From assembly GCA_000436535.1 (NCBI GenBank), contig FR886343.1, forward strand, positions 26,691 to 90,690: a stretch of DNA of 64,000 nt, read 5' to 3'. Source of the stretch: Eubacterium sp. CAG:252. Lineage in GTDB: Bacteria; Bacillota; Clostridia; Lachnospirales; Lachnospiraceae. The translations under genes and the position numbers were made by a program. Under the pieces are notes generated by a model. It was not told where the DNA came from. It searched no databases and was given only the letters and a program-made list of their open reading frames with translations. Shown in pieces: positions 1-10,599 of the stretch; position 1 is the first letter of the stretch, and every line of letters starts with the position of its first letter.

Positions 1-387
1 GTTAAAGATGAGTATAAAAACTCAGAAGGTGATCCGCAGGTTAAGGGCCAGATACGAAGGAAAATGCAGGAAATATCAAGAAGAAGAATGATGCAGCAGC
101 TTCCAGAGGCAGATGTTGTTATCACCAACCCGACACATTTTGCGGTTGCACTAAAGTATGAACCAAATGCAGGAAAAGCTCCAGTTGTTATAGCAAAAGG
201 TGCTGATTATCTTGCTTTTCAGATAAAGGATAAAGCAAAGGAATATAACATAGCAATAGTAGAGAATAAGCCGCTTGCACGAATACTTTATCATAATATA
301 GATGTAGGTATGGAGATACCACCAGAATTATATCAGGCTGTTGCAGAAATTCTTGCTACAGTTATGCGAACAAATAATAGATTATAA
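1..387 (+). CDS. flhB: Flagellar export apparatus protein FlhB, C-terminal part (5' end lies outside the window)
   Basis: Frame 1 is open from nt 1 (VKDEYKNSEGDPQVKGQIRRKMQE...). The translation contains the NPTH autocleavage motif and the conserved FlhB C-terminal domain, and the gene lies directly upstream of flhA. Confidence 0.85.
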   Translation, partial: VKDEYKNSEGDPQVKGQIRRKMQEISRRRMMQQLPEADVVITNPTHFAVALKYEPNAGKAPVVIAKGADYLAFQIKDKAKEYNIAIVENKPLARILYHNIDVGMEIPPELYQAVAEILATVMRTNNRL

Positions 388-460
388 TCAAAATATGTGG
401 TATTATGTTTAAAGGACTGATTTTTATGATATATTATTACATTTTGGAAGGAGAAATAAA

Positions 461-2500
461 GTGAAGCTAAAGAAGAATGACTTATTTATGGGCATATATA
501 TACTTGCAGCAGTTTTATTCTTTATTATTTCAATTCCTTCGTGGTTACTTGATATATTACTTGCGTTTAATATAATGGTTGCGCTTGTTATATTATTTAA
601 TTCATTGTATGCAAAAGAAGTACTGGATATGGCCGCATTTCCAACTATGCTGTTATTTACAACTATTTTTAGAATATCACTTAACGTTTCATCAACAAAG
701 CTTATCTTAAGGGATGGATACGCAGGTAATGTCGTTGCCACATTCGGTAAGTTTGTTGGTGGTGGTAATCTTGTCATAGGTACCATCATATTCATAGTAC
801 TGATTATTGTACAGTTTATCGTTATCAATAAAGGTTCTGAAAGAGTATCAGAAGTAACTGCCAGATTCACACTGGATGCCATGGCAGGTAAGCAGATGGC
901 GATTGATTCAGATCTTAATACAGGTGCAATAACAGATAAAGAAGCAGCGGAGAGGAGAAAGAAGCTGCAGCAGGAAAACAGCTTCTTTGGTTCTATGGAT
1001 GGTGCTACCAAGTATGTTAAGGGAGATGCGACAGCAGGTCTTATTATCACAGCTATCAACCTTGTAGGTGGTGTCGTTATGGGCATGATGTATCAGGGAT
1101 TATCTATCAATGAAGCACTCTCTACATATGCCATACTTACAATCGGTGATGGGCTTTGTTCACAGATTCCATCACTGCTTATATCATTATCAACAGGTAT
1201 TCTTGTTACAAAGGCATCAAGTGAGGGTGAACTTGGTGATGAGATGGTTGGACAGCTTTTCTCTATGGACAGGGTGCTTATTATGGTAGGAGCAGCACTT
1301 ACACTGCTTGGTGTTGCAACACCACTTCCTATATATATATTTGTACCACTTGGCGTGGCACTTATTATATATGGAAGAAAGCTTAAGGATAAGACAGGAG
1401 AAGCTACTATCGAGGAGATGGCAGAAGCAGAGGAAACAGAGGCGCAGGAGATAAGAAAGCCGGAGAATGTTGTTTCACTTCTTAATGTCGACCCTATTGA
1501 GCTTGAGTTTGGTTATGGTATTATTCCGCTTGCCGATGTTAATCAGGGTGGTGACCTTCTTGACCGAGTTGTTATGATAAGACGACAGGTTGCACTTGAA
1601 CTTGGTGCAGTTGTTCCTATTATTCGTTTAAGAGACAATATCCAGCTTAACCCTAACCAGTATGTTATTAAGATAAAGGGCATACAGGTAAGTGAAGGTG
1701 AGATATTATTTGATCATTATATGGCGATGAATCCGGGATATGTTGAGGAAGAGATTACAGGTATTCCTACATTTGAGCCTTCATTCCATCTCCCAGCCAT
1801 ATGGATAACTGAGAGCCAGAGAGAAAGAGCAGAGTCGATGGGTTACACAGTAGTAGACCCACCTTCAATAATAGCTACACATCTTACAGAGGTTATAAGA
1901 CAGCATATTGCTGAACTCCTTACAAGGCAGGATGTACAGAACCTTATTAATAATATTAAGGATAATAACTCGGCACTTATTGAAGAACTTGTTCCTAAAC
2001 TGCTTGGAATTGGTGAAATCCAGAAAGTATTACAGAATCTTCTTGAAGAAGGCATATCAATAAGAGATTTGGTTACTATATTTGAAACATTAGCAGACCA
2101 TGCTGCGGTTACAAGGGATACAGATATTCTTACAGAGTATGTAAGACAGAGCCTGAAGAGAGCTATATCTGGAAAGTATTTCCCACCTAATGAGGTCACC
2201 AATGTTATTACGCTTGACCCTAAGGTTGAACAGGAGATTATGGGAGCTGTTAAGAATACAGAGCAGGGTTCATACCTTTCATTAGACCCTGCACGTACAA
2301 AAGCGATTATGGATTCACTTGGTGAAGAGTTAAAGAAGCTTGAGGATATGGGTAAAAATCCGGTTGTTATCACTTCGCCTATAGTCAGATTGTACTTTAA
2401 GAAGCTTGCATCTGATTATTACAAGGATATTATTGTTATTTCATACAATGAAGTTGAGTCCAATGTCGAATTACAGTCAGTAGGGATGGTGACAGCATAA
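461..2500 (+). CDS. flhA: Flagellar export apparatus protein FlhA
   Basis: 679 aa with N-terminal multi-TM region and a large cytoplasmic domain typical of FlhA. GTG start preceded by GGAAGGAG; position between flhB and flhF. Confidence 0.95.
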   Translation: MKLKKNDLFMGIYILAAVLFFIISIPSWLLDILLAFNIMVALVILFNSLYAKEVLDMAAFPTMLLFTTIFRISLNVSSTKLILRDGYAGNVVATFGKFVGGGNLVIGTIIFIVLIIVQFIVINKGSERVSEVTARFTLDAMAGKQMAIDSDLNTGAITDKEAAERRKKLQQENSFFGSMDGATKYVKGDATAGLIITAINLVGGVVMGMMYQGLSINEALSTYAILTIGDGLCSQIPSLLISLSTGILVTKASSEGELGDEMVGQLFSMDRVLIMVGAALTLLGVATPLPIYIFVPLGVALIIYGRKLKDKTGEATIEEMAEAEETEAQEIRKPENVVSLLNVDPIELEFGYGIIPLADVNQGGDLLDRVVMIRRQVALELGAVVPIIRLRDNIQLNPNQYVIKIKGIQVSEGEILFDHYMAMNPGYVEEEITGIPTFEPSFHLPAIWITESQRERAESMGYTVVDPPSIIATHLTEVIRQHIAELLTRQDVQNLINNIKDNNSALIEELVPKLLGIGEIQKVLQNLLEEGISIRDLVTIFETLADHAAVTRDTDILTEYVRQSLKRAISGKYFPPNEVTNVITLDPKVEQEIMGAVKNTEQGSYLSLDPARTKAIMDSLGEELKKLEDMGKNPVVITSPIVRLYFKKLASDYYKDIIVISYNEVESNVELQSVGMVTA

Positions 2501-3870
2501 TGATAGTTAAGAAGTTTCAGGCACCAACAGAGATGGAGGCCATAGTTAAAGCAAGAGAAGAGCTTGGAAGCGCAGCAGTTGTGCTTAACATAAAGACAAT
2601 AAAGCAAAGAGGTTTTGCAAGATTATTTAAAAAGGATGTAGTTGAGGTTACGGCTGCGCTTGAGGAAAAAGATATAACTGATGGAATTAATAAAAGCAGA
2701 CCAACTTTTGATAACAGTCTGAACAGCCAGCAGGAGTCAGCTGTACATATGATTAATCAGAGTATGGTATCAAATGGAAGTACTTCTTCGATTAATCTTG
2801 TGGCAGATGATGATATATCAGTTACATCTGCTTCGGCTATAGAACAGAAGCTTGACAGTCTTCATAATCTTTTGCAGAATCAGGGCAGTGCTGCGTCTTC
2901 TTTTAACAGGTCACAGCCGGGTAATGTGCCTGACAGGACAGGCATACAGCAGGATTATAGATCTGCACAGGCACCGGCAGCAGAAGGATATATGAAAAGA
3001 ATGTCTGATATAAGAGATGATATATCAGGAGAAAATATAGAAATCCAGCAGGTAAGACAGAGAGAAAATGTCAATTACAAGTTCTTACAGCTTATATACA
3101 ATAAGCTTATAGATAATGAAGTTGATAGCAGGTATGCAGATGAGATAATAGGTGAAATAGAGAACTCGCTTAAGAAGGAGTCTAATCTTGACAGTATACT
3201 TTCAGCTGTATATCAGAAGATTATACTTAAGCTCGGAAAGCCAAAGACTATTACACTTGGTGATAAGGCAAAGGTTATATTCTTTATAGGTCCTACGGGT
3301 GTAGGAAAGACAACAACTATTGCTAAGATTGCCTCAAGCTTTAAGATAGAGAAGGAAGCAAAGGTAGCCTTTATAACGGCCGACACATACAGAATTGCAG
3401 CTGTTGAACAGCTCAATACATATGCATCCATCATAGATTGTCCGGTAAGCGTTGTATATTCAGTTGAAGATATGAATAGGAGTCTTTCTGAATATAAGGA
3501 CTACGACCTTATTCTTGTTGATACAGCAGGAAGATCCCACAAAGCAGAGGCACAGATGGATGAGCTTAAGGCATTTATAGCAGAAGTAGCACAAAGAGAA
3601 GATGAGTTTGATTTTGAATGTTATCTTACATTAAGTATGACAACAAAGTACAAGGACCTTAGAAATATTGCTGATAAGTATGACGATGTTGACTGGGCAG
3701 TTATATTTACGAAACTTGATGAAACATGTTCTCTTGGTAATATACTCAATGTCCGTATGTTGACGGATCGTCAGTTATCCTATACAACATCAGGACAGAA
3801 TGTACCTGATGATATAGAGGTTATTAACGAACAGGGAGTTGCCAAGCAGTTACTTGGAGGTGGCGAATGA
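2500..3870 (+). CDS. flhF: Flagellar SRP-type GTPase FlhF
   Basis: P-loop GPTGVGKTTTIAKIA and an SRP54-like NG domain at the C-terminus. The ATG overlaps the flhA stop (TAATGA). Confidence 0.9.
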   Translation: MIVKKFQAPTEMEAIVKAREELGSAAVVLNIKTIKQRGFARLFKKDVVEVTAALEEKDITDGINKSRPTFDNSLNSQQESAVHMINQSMVSNGSTSSINLVADDDISVTSASAIEQKLDSLHNLLQNQGSAASSFNRSQPGNVPDRTGIQQDYRSAQAPAAEGYMKRMSDIRDDISGENIEIQQVRQRENVNYKFLQLIYNKLIDNEVDSRYADEIIGEIENSLKKESNLDSILSAVYQKIILKLGKPKTITLGDKAKVIFFIGPTGVGKTTTIAKIASSFKIEKEAKVAFITADTYRIAAVEQLNTYASIIDCPVSVVYSVEDMNRSLSEYKDYDLILVDTAGRSHKAEAQMDELKAFIAEVAQREDEFDFECYLTLSMTTKYKDLRNIADKYDDVDWAVIFTKLDETCSLGNILNVRMLTDRQLSYTTSGQNVPDDIEVINEQGVAKQLLGGGE

Positions 3871-4751
3871 TGATGGATCAGGCTGAAAATCTGCGTAATA
3901 TGATTAGAAGGCAGAATCAGAGCAATATTATAAATGCGAGGGTTATAGCAGTAACTAGCGGGAAGGGAGGAGTTGGAAAGTCCAATCTTTCAGTTAATCT
4001 TGCACTTGAACTTACAAGAATGGGTAAGAAAGTTATAATACTTGATGCTGACTTCGGTCTTGCCAATGTTGAGGTTATGTTTGGGGTTATCCCAGAGTAT
4101 AACTTAAGCGACATTATGTTTAAGGGGAAAGAAATAAAAGATATTGTAACAGAAGGCCCTGAGGGTGTTGGTTTTATATCAGGAGGTTCAGGAATAGCTA
4201 ATCTTGTTAATCTTGATCAGGACCAGGTCAAAAGACTCGTAGGAAAGCTTACAGACCTTGAGGAGCTTGCTGATATTATAATAATAGATACGGGAGCAGG
4301 TATATCTCCAAGTGTAATGGAGTTTCTGCTCGCGAGTCCTGAAACTATTGTTGTGACAACACCTGAACCTACATCAGTCACTGATTCATATGCACTTCTT
4401 AAAGCACTCAGCATGAATGAAGGGTATAATAAAGATGAATGTACAATCAAGATAGTGGCAAACAGGGTTGAGTCAGAGAATGAGGGACGCAATCTTTATG
4501 AGAAACTTAATGCAGTTGTATCTAAGTTTCTTGGTATAAAGCTTGAATATCTTGGAAGTGTTCCACAGGATTCAAGTGTAAGAAAGGCTGTTATGAAACA
4601 GAAGCCTGTAACGATAGTGTATCCGGCAAGTTCAGCAGCAAGACATTTTAAGCGCATTGCAGCAGATCTTCTTGGTAATGAGAACGATGTTCCAGAAAAC
4701 AAGAAAGGAATACGAAGCTACTTCAAGAATGTGTTCGCAAGGAAAATGTAG
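3867..4751 (+). CDS. flhG: MinD/ParA-type ATPase FlhG (YlxH), flagellar number regulator
   Basis: Deviant Walker A motif VTSGKGGVGKSNLSVNLA; the start overlaps the flhF stop; classical flhF-flhG pair. Confidence 0.9.
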   Translation: MMMDQAENLRNMIRRQNQSNIINARVIAVTSGKGGVGKSNLSVNLALELTRMGKKVIILDADFGLANVEVMFGVIPEYNLSDIMFKGKEIKDIVTEGPEGVGFISGGSGIANLVNLDQDQVKRLVGKLTDLEELADIIIIDTGAGISPSVMEFLLASPETIVVTTPEPTSVTDSYALLKALSMNEGYNKDECTIKIVANRVESENEGRNLYEKLNAVVSKFLGIKLEYLGSVPQDSSVRKAVMKQKPVTIVYPASSAARHFKRIAADLLGNENDVPENKKGIRSYFKNVFARKM

Positions 4752-4807
4752 AAGAAAGCTTAAGATAATCCATAAGATAAGTCTATGAAAGTGGAGGTGA
4801 AGTACAG

Positions 4808-5518
4808 ATGTTTGAAACACTAAAGTTGGGAAGCAGAGTGGAAATGGTGTTTAAAAACAGGCTGAAGGGTGATGATAGTACAACTGAGTATGTAAGCCAG
4901 ATACTTGACTTTAGCGATGACGGCATTATATGTGCCATGCCTATATATGAAGGGCATATAGTTCCTTTACAGGAAAGAAAAAGATTCGAGGGATACTTTT
5001 ATTCCGACAATAAAATATACCGTGCATCGTGCATTGTAAAGGCAAGGGGAAAGCAGGATAACCTTCATGTAGTGGAAATAGGACTTGAATCAAAACTTAT
5101 AAAAGTACAGAGAAGAGAGTACTTCAGATTGAGCTGTAGTATTCCGGCTACAATAAGATGTATGACAGTTATGAATGAAGGTAAGGATGATTTTAAAGAC
5201 AGTGACTTTTCAAAAGAAGAAATAGAGTGTACAATAATTGATATAAGCGGAGGCGGTATAAAGGCTTATTCAAAGCAGAAGTTTGAAAAAAGTTCAGTTG
5301 TACTGCTTAATTTTACACTTAAGTTTAATAATGGTAACAAGGAAAAGAGCATAATAGGGAAAGTAGTAGATTCTTTTAAAAATGCTAATGATGAGTCAGT
5401 GTTTGACAATAGATTTCAGTTTATAGATGTCAGCAAGTCAGACAGAGATGAAATTGTTAAGTATATATTTGAGCAACAAAGAAATATTTTAAAGAAGGAG
5501 TTGGGCTATAATGGCTAA
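4808..5518 (+). CDS. PilZ-domain c-di-GMP receptor embedded in the fla/che operon (YpfA/MotI/DgrA-like flagellar brake candidate)
   Basis: Contains the RxxxR motif (RREYFRL) and the DxSxGG motif (DISGGGI) that define the PilZ c-di-GMP binding site. RBS GGAGGTG before the ATG; sits between flhG and cheB. Confidence 0.8.
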   Translation: MFETLKLGSRVEMVFKNRLKGDDSTTEYVSQILDFSDDGIICAMPIYEGHIVPLQERKRFEGYFYSDNKIYRASCIVKARGKQDNLHVVEIGLESKLIKVQRREYFRLSCSIPATIRCMTVMNEGKDDFKDSDFSKEEIECTIIDISGGGIKAYSKQKFEKSSVVLLNFTLKFNNGNKEKSIIGKVVDSFKNANDESVFDNRFQFIDVSKSDRDEIVKYIFEQQRNILKKELGYNG

Positions 5519-6725
5519 AAAAATCCTGGTTATAGATGACTCTGCACTCATGAGAAGAGTTATATCTGATATAATCAATGAAAGCGATGAATACGAGGTT
5601 GCTGCAATAGCGAAAGACGGGCTTGAAGGACTTGATATGATAGTTTCGCATCCATATGAGTATAGTGCTATTATTCTTGATATTAATATGCCTAAGCTTA
5701 ATGGTCTGGAATTGTTAAAAAGACTTCAGAAAGATCGTATAGAGCAGACAGTAATCGTTGTAAGTACGGTTGCTAAGGAAGGCACTAAAGAGACTATACA
5801 GGCGCTTGAATACGGAGCTTTTGATTTTGTAACAAAGCCAGAGAATTATCTTGAAACAAAGAGTGTTGACTTTAAGAACAGAATATTCGAGATGCTTAAT
5901 GTTGCGACAAGTTCAAGGTCATCTATAAGAAGAACTTCTATGAGAAGTACTTTAAGAAGCACAGAAGCTTTTTCTAACAGAAGGACAACTGACAACAGTA
6001 AGACTACATTTACAGGATTAAGAAGAAGTGTGGACAGAAGCACAGAAACCACTGCAAGAGCCACACGTCCTGTATTCACATCAGAACCACAGGAAAAGGC
6101 TGTAAAGGTAGACGGAAGCAAGTATACAAGGGTAAAGGCTGGAAAGAACAAGCTTGTTGCGCTTGCCTGCTCGACAGGAGGACCTAAGTCACTACAGCAG
6201 GTTATACCTATGCTGCCGGGTAATCTTGATGCAGGAGTAGTACTTGTACAGCATATGCCAGCGGGATTTACGGCATCACTTGCGGCAAGACTTAACGAGA
6301 TGAGTGCCATCAATGTCAAGGAAGCTGCCGATGGAGATGTTATTAAGAAAGGCTGGGTATATATTGCTCCGGGCGGAAAGCATATAAGAGTGAAGAAAAA
6401 AGGCTCCGATTGTGCTATAGCCCTCAGTGATGAAGCTCCGATAGAAGGTCTTAGACCATGCGCTAATATTATGTATGAGTCGCTTGCAGAATGTAATTAT
6501 GACGAGATAACATGTGTTGTACTTACAGGTATGGGTGCCGATGGAACTAATGGAATTAAAGCACTTAGCAGAAGTCGTAAGAACCTATATGTAATATCAC
6601 AGGATGAAGAAACCTGTGTTGTATATGGTATGCCAAAAGCAATCGCTAACACGGGATTAGTAAACGAAGTTGTTCCTCTTAACCGTGTTGCAGAAGCAAT
6701 AACAAAAAACGTGGGGGTGTCTTAA
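5511..6725 (+). CDS. cheB: Chemotaxis response regulator protein-glutamate methylesterase CheB
   Basis: N-terminal receiver domain (ILVIDDSALMRR...D) and C-terminal methylesterase with ACSTGGP and GMGADG motifs. The R/S/T-rich interdomain linker is about 90 aa, unusually long. Confidence 0.9.
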   Translation: MAKKILVIDDSALMRRVISDIINESDEYEVAAIAKDGLEGLDMIVSHPYEYSAIILDINMPKLNGLELLKRLQKDRIEQTVIVVSTVAKEGTKETIQALEYGAFDFVTKPENYLETKSVDFKNRIFEMLNVATSSRSSIRRTSMRSTLRSTEAFSNRRTTDNSKTTFTGLRRSVDRSTETTARATRPVFTSEPQEKAVKVDGSKYTRVKAGKNKLVALACSTGGPKSLQQVIPMLPGNLDAGVVLVQHMPAGFTASLAARLNEMSAINVKEAADGDVIKKGWVYIAPGGKHIRVKKKGSDCAIALSDEAPIEGLRPCANIMYESLAECNYDEITCVVLTGMGADGTNGIKALSRSRKNLYVISQDEETCVVYGMPKAIANTGLVNEVVPLNRVAEAITKNVGVS

Positions 6726-6726
6726 C

Positions 6727-8817
6727 ATGGATGTAAGCCAGTATTTAGAGATTTTTATTGATGAATCAAATGAACATTTACAGTCATTAAGTGATCAGCT
6801 GATGATACTTGAGAAAGAGCCAGAGAATAGTGATACTATTAATGAGATATTCAGAGCTGCCCATTCCTTAAAGGGTATGGCAGGTACTATGGGATATAAG
6901 AGAATGCAGAATCTTACACATGATATGGAAAATGTATTCTCAGAAGTCCGTAATGGTAATATTAAAGTAACATCAGATATGTGTGATGTATTATTCCAGT
7001 GCCTTGATGCACTTGAAAGCTATGTAACTAATATCCAGAATACACAGGATGAAGGTACAGATGATAATGAGCCTATTATTAAAGCACTTAACTCATTTAT
7101 CGGTGGTAACGAAGAAGAAAGCAAGGAAGCACCAGCAGCTAAGGAGACAGCAACACCAGCAGCGGGTGAGGGTACATCAGAACTTACATTTGCAGACTTT
7201 GAGATGAATGCAGTTAACGAGGCTTTAAAGAAAGGTCTTGGAGTATATGAGATAACTGTTACAGTTGATGAGAATTGTATATTAAAGGCTGCGAGAGCAT
7301 TTCTTGTATTCAAAAATCTTGAAGGACATGGCGATGTTATCAAGTCAGAACCATCAACACAGGATATTGAAGATGAGAAGTTTGATAAGGAATTTACAAT
7401 AGTAGTTGTTTCGCATGAAAGCATGGAGGAAATAACAGAAATTGTTAAGAATGTATCGGAGATAAAGTCGGCAGAAGCTAAGGCAATAACAACTCCTTTC
7501 CCAGAAACTCAGGAAAAAGAGGAAAAAGAAGAGCCTAAGAAGGAAGAAACAGCCGCAGCACCAGCAGCTCCTAAGGAAGCAAAGAAGGAAGATGCAAAGA
7601 AGTCAACAGTTTTACAGCAGGCTAAAAAGGCAGCAGCAGCTAATAATAAGGCTGTAAGCCATACAGTAAGAGTTGATATAGACAAGCTGGATGTTCTTAT
7701 GAACCTTGTAAGTGAGCTTATCATAGCTAAGAATGGTCTTGTATCTGCAAGTATATCAGAAGAAGGTGCAGCAACAGCTAATAACCAGAAGTTTACAGAA
7801 CAGATTGAATATCTTGAGAGAGTTACAACTAATCTCCATGAATCAGTAATGAAGGTACGTATGATGCCTATCGAAGGTGTTATAAGTAAGTTCCCACGTA
7901 TGATAAGAGATCTTAACAAGAAGCTCAACAAGAAGATGGAACTTTACATTACTGGTGAAGAGACAGAACTTGATAGAACTGTCCTTGATGAGATTGGTGA
8001 CCCTATTATGCATCTCTTAAGAAATTCTGCTGACCATGGACTTGAAAGTGCAGAAGTCAGAGCAGAAAGAGGTAAGCCTGAAGTCGGTTCTATCTACCTT
8101 AACGCTTTCCAGGAAGGTAACAACGTAGTTATCGAAGTTGCTGATGATGGTAATGGTATTGATGTAGAAAAGGTTAAGTCTAAGGCAGTTGAAAAGGGTA
8201 CACTTACTCAGGAACAGGCTGATGCGTTAACAGAGAAAGAGGCAGTCGATCTGTTATTCAAGCCAAGTTTTTCAACATCTGACAAGATTACAGATGTATC
8301 GGGACGAGGCGTTGGACTTGATGTTGTTAAGTCTAAAATCGAAGCTCTTGGTGGTGATGTAGAGGTTAAGACGAAGTATGGTGAAGGAAGTACTTTCAGC
8401 ATAAGACTTCCACTTACACTTGCTATTATACAGGCTCTTATGGTTAAGCTTGGTGATGAAAAGTATGCTATTTCGCTTGGCTCAATAGAAACAATAGAAG
8501 ATGTACCAGTAAGTGATATTAAGTATGTACATGCTAAGGAAGTTATTAATCTTAGAGGAAGTGTAATACCTCTTATCAGATTGAGAGATGTACTTGATGT
8601 TCCAGGTGAAGCTGAGGAATCTGATACTATAATAGTTGTTATAGTAAGAAAGGGAGATAAGCTCGCTGGTCTTGTTGTTGACAGTCTTATCGGACAGATG
8701 GAAATCGTAATTAAGTCACTTGGTAAGTATATTAATATTAATAGAATGATAAGTGGAGCTACTATCCTTGGTGATGGTTCTGTAGCTTTAATTATTGATG
8801 CTAATACATTAGTATAG
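6727..8817 (+). CDS. cheA: Chemotaxis histidine kinase CheA
   Basis: HPt H-box HSLKGMAG, G1 box DDGNGID and G2 box GRGVGLD, plus a C-terminal CheW-like P5 domain. Confidence 0.95.
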   Translation: MDVSQYLEIFIDESNEHLQSLSDQLMILEKEPENSDTINEIFRAAHSLKGMAGTMGYKRMQNLTHDMENVFSEVRNGNIKVTSDMCDVLFQCLDALESYVTNIQNTQDEGTDDNEPIIKALNSFIGGNEEESKEAPAAKETATPAAGEGTSELTFADFEMNAVNEALKKGLGVYEITVTVDENCILKAARAFLVFKNLEGHGDVIKSEPSTQDIEDEKFDKEFTIVVVSHESMEEITEIVKNVSEIKSAEAKAITTPFPETQEKEEKEEPKKEETAAAPAAPKEAKKEDAKKSTVLQQAKKAAAANNKAVSHTVRVDIDKLDVLMNLVSELIIAKNGLVSASISEEGAATANNQKFTEQIEYLERVTTNLHESVMKVRMMPIEGVISKFPRMIRDLNKKLNKKMELYITGEETELDRTVLDEIGDPIMHLLRNSADHGLESAEVRAERGKPEVGSIYLNAFQEGNNVVIEVADDGNGIDVEKVKSKAVEKGTLTQEQADALTEKEAVDLLFKPSFSTSDKITDVSGRGVGLDVVKSKIEALGGDVEVKTKYGEGSTFSIRLPLTLAIIQALMVKLGDEKYAISLGSIETIEDVPVSDIKYVHAKEVINLRGSVIPLIRLRDVLDVPGEAEESDTIIVVIVRKGDKLAGLVVDSLIGQMEIVIKSLGKYININRMISGATILGDGSVALIIDANTLV

Positions 8818-8831
8818 GAGGGCGGCTTGAT

Positions 8832-9311
8832 ATGGAAAATGTTAATGCAATAGAAGAAAAGAACAATGAAGAAGCAGTATCAACAACAATTCAGTATATT
8901 GTTGTAAAGATTGGTAATGAACAGTATGGAATCAATATCAAGTATATTGATAATATTGTAAGAAAACAGGATATTACAAGAGTACCAAAGACACAGCATT
9001 ATTATAAGGGTGTTATTAACTTAAGAGGCGAGATAATTCCTGTTATGAGTGTAAGATTAAAGCTTGGACTTGAAGATGATGAATATACGGATAAAACAAG
9101 ATATATCATTGTAAAAGTTGAAGGCGCTACAATAGGTATTATTGTTGACCAGGTAAGGGAAGTAGTTACACTTAATACTGAAGATACAGAAAAGGTCAAC
9201 CGTTCAGTAGACGATAAAGTTGCTAATAACTACATAAGCGGAATAGGCAAGCATGATGGTGAGCTTATATCATTACTTGATATTGTCAGCCTGATTGTAG
9301 AGAATGATTAA
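8832..9311 (+). CDS. cheW: Chemotaxis coupling protein CheW
   Basis: 159 aa CheW-like domain; RBS AGGAGGG before the ATG; follows cheA. Confidence 0.9.
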   Translation: MENVNAIEEKNNEEAVSTTIQYIVVKIGNEQYGINIKYIDNIVRKQDITRVPKTQHYYKGVINLRGEIIPVMSVRLKLGLEDDEYTDKTRYIIVKVEGATIGIIVDQVREVVTLNTEDTEKVNRSVDDKVANNYISGIGKHDGELISLLDIVSLIVEND

Positions 9312-9429
9312 TTATTACAAAAGCGCAGTATAGAATATAAATAAATATATAAAAAGCAGGTTACTATTCTCAGGACATATGTGAATAGTAACCATGGCTG
9401 GCATATACTGCACAGAATTGAGGGTTGTT

Positions 9430-10059
9430 ATGTCAAAGGTAAGTTTAGAAAAGCTTGATGATGTACAGTTTGATGTTTTAAAAGAGATTGGTAACATTGG
9501 TGCTGGTAATGCAACAACAGCGTTATCTACAATGCTTAATGTAAAAATGGATATGTCAGTTCCTAATGTAGCACTGATTCAGTTCAAAGATATATCTACA
9601 ATTATTGGAAGTGAGGATCAGACTGTAGTTGGTATTCTGTTGGGGCTTGAGGGCGATATAGATGGAATGATGATGTTTATATTTGATACAAAATCAGCGC
9701 ATCATCTTGTTAATTCGCTCATGTTCCAGAATGATGCCGAGGTAGACGAAGATGCTGACTTTACAGAGATGGAAATGTCAGCACTTAATGAGATAGGTAA
9801 TATTGCATCTGGTTCATATCTTACAGCAATTTCAACATTGACTAATATGAATATAATTGCAACAGTTCCACAGATGACCGTAGATATGATTGGTGCATTA
9901 CTTAGTGTTCCAGCTTCTGAGTTTGGAAAATATGGTGATAAGTTATTATTAATTCAGACACAGTTTGGTGAGTTAGATTTTGTTAAAGGATATTTTCTTC
10001 TTATTCCAGAACTTGAATCATATGACAAGATTCTTAGGTCATTAGGGGTTCTTAGCTGA
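9430..10059 (+). CDS. cheC: CheY-P phosphatase CheC
   Basis: Two copies of the CheC signature (EIGNIGAGNATTALS and EIGNIASGSYLTAIS). The start is placed at the ATG with RBS GAGGG (9430) rather than the track start 9394, which lacks an RBS. Confidence 0.85.
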   Translation: MSKVSLEKLDDVQFDVLKEIGNIGAGNATTALSTMLNVKMDMSVPNVALIQFKDISTIIGSEDQTVVGILLGLEGDIDGMMMFIFDTKSAHHLVNSLMFQNDAEVDEDADFTEMEMSALNEIGNIASGSYLTAISTLTNMNIIATVPQMTVDMIGALLSVPASEFGKYGDKLLLIQTQFGELDFVKGYFLLIPELESYDKILRSLGVLS

Positions 10060-10080
10060 TAATATTCTAGAGATGAGAGT

Positions 10081-10578
10081 TTGGTTATGAATTTAGATGA
10101 GATGATAAAAGTTGGAATGGCGGATCTTAAGACGTGTAAGTCGCCAGAGGTGTTGACAACACTTGGACTTGGTTCGTGTGTAGGTGTAGCAATATATGAC
10201 CCGGTAAGCAAGATAAGTGGGTTATTACACTGTATGTTACCCGACAGTACACAGTTTAGGAATAATTCTAACACAGCAAAGTATGCAGACAGTGGAATAG
10301 ATGAACTTATTTCACAGATGGTTAAGTTGGGAGCTAACAGGGCAAGACTTGTGGCAAAGATAGCAGGTGGAGCGCAGATGTTTGCGATGAAGACGAATAA
10401 TGATACGTTAAGAGTCGGTGAACGTAATGTAGAAGCAGTAAAGAAAAAACTGTCTGAACTTAATATAAGACTGTTAGCAGAAGACTGCGGACTTAATTAT
10501 GGTAGAACAGTAGAATTTTATTCAGAAACTGGCGAATATGTTATAAAGTCGGTTGGTAAACCAAGAAAAGTTATATAG
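10081..10578 (+). CDS. cheD: Chemoreceptor glutamine deamidase CheD
   Basis: Conserved LGLGSCVGVAIYDP...LLHCMLP core with the catalytic Cys; the true start may be the ATG at 10087. Confidence 0.9.
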   Translation: MVMNLDEMIKVGMADLKTCKSPEVLTTLGLGSCVGVAIYDPVSKISGLLHCMLPDSTQFRNNSNTAKYADSGIDELISQMVKLGANRARLVAKIAGGAQMFAMKTNNDTLRVGERNVEAVKKKLSELNIRLLAEDCGLNYGRTVEFYSETGEYVIKSVGKPRKVI

Positions 10579-10599
10579 GCAGTATGGAGAGGTTGATGT

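Noticed and set aside
424-2373. Antisense ORFs inside flhA (424-1086 -, 1843-2373 -) and many similar minus-strand ORFs inside polC, nusA, cheA, MCP and others
   Set aside because: These are shadow ORFs opposite strongly supported + strand genes. They have low-complexity S/I/L-rich translations and no RBS.
9359-9393. Hairpin GGTTACTATT-ctcaggacatatgtg-AATAGTAACC between cheW and cheC
   Set aside because: No U-tract follows; the sequence runs straight on to the cheC start. It is an intra-operon stem-loop, possibly a processing or stability element, and not a terminator. It is too weakly supported to report as a feature.
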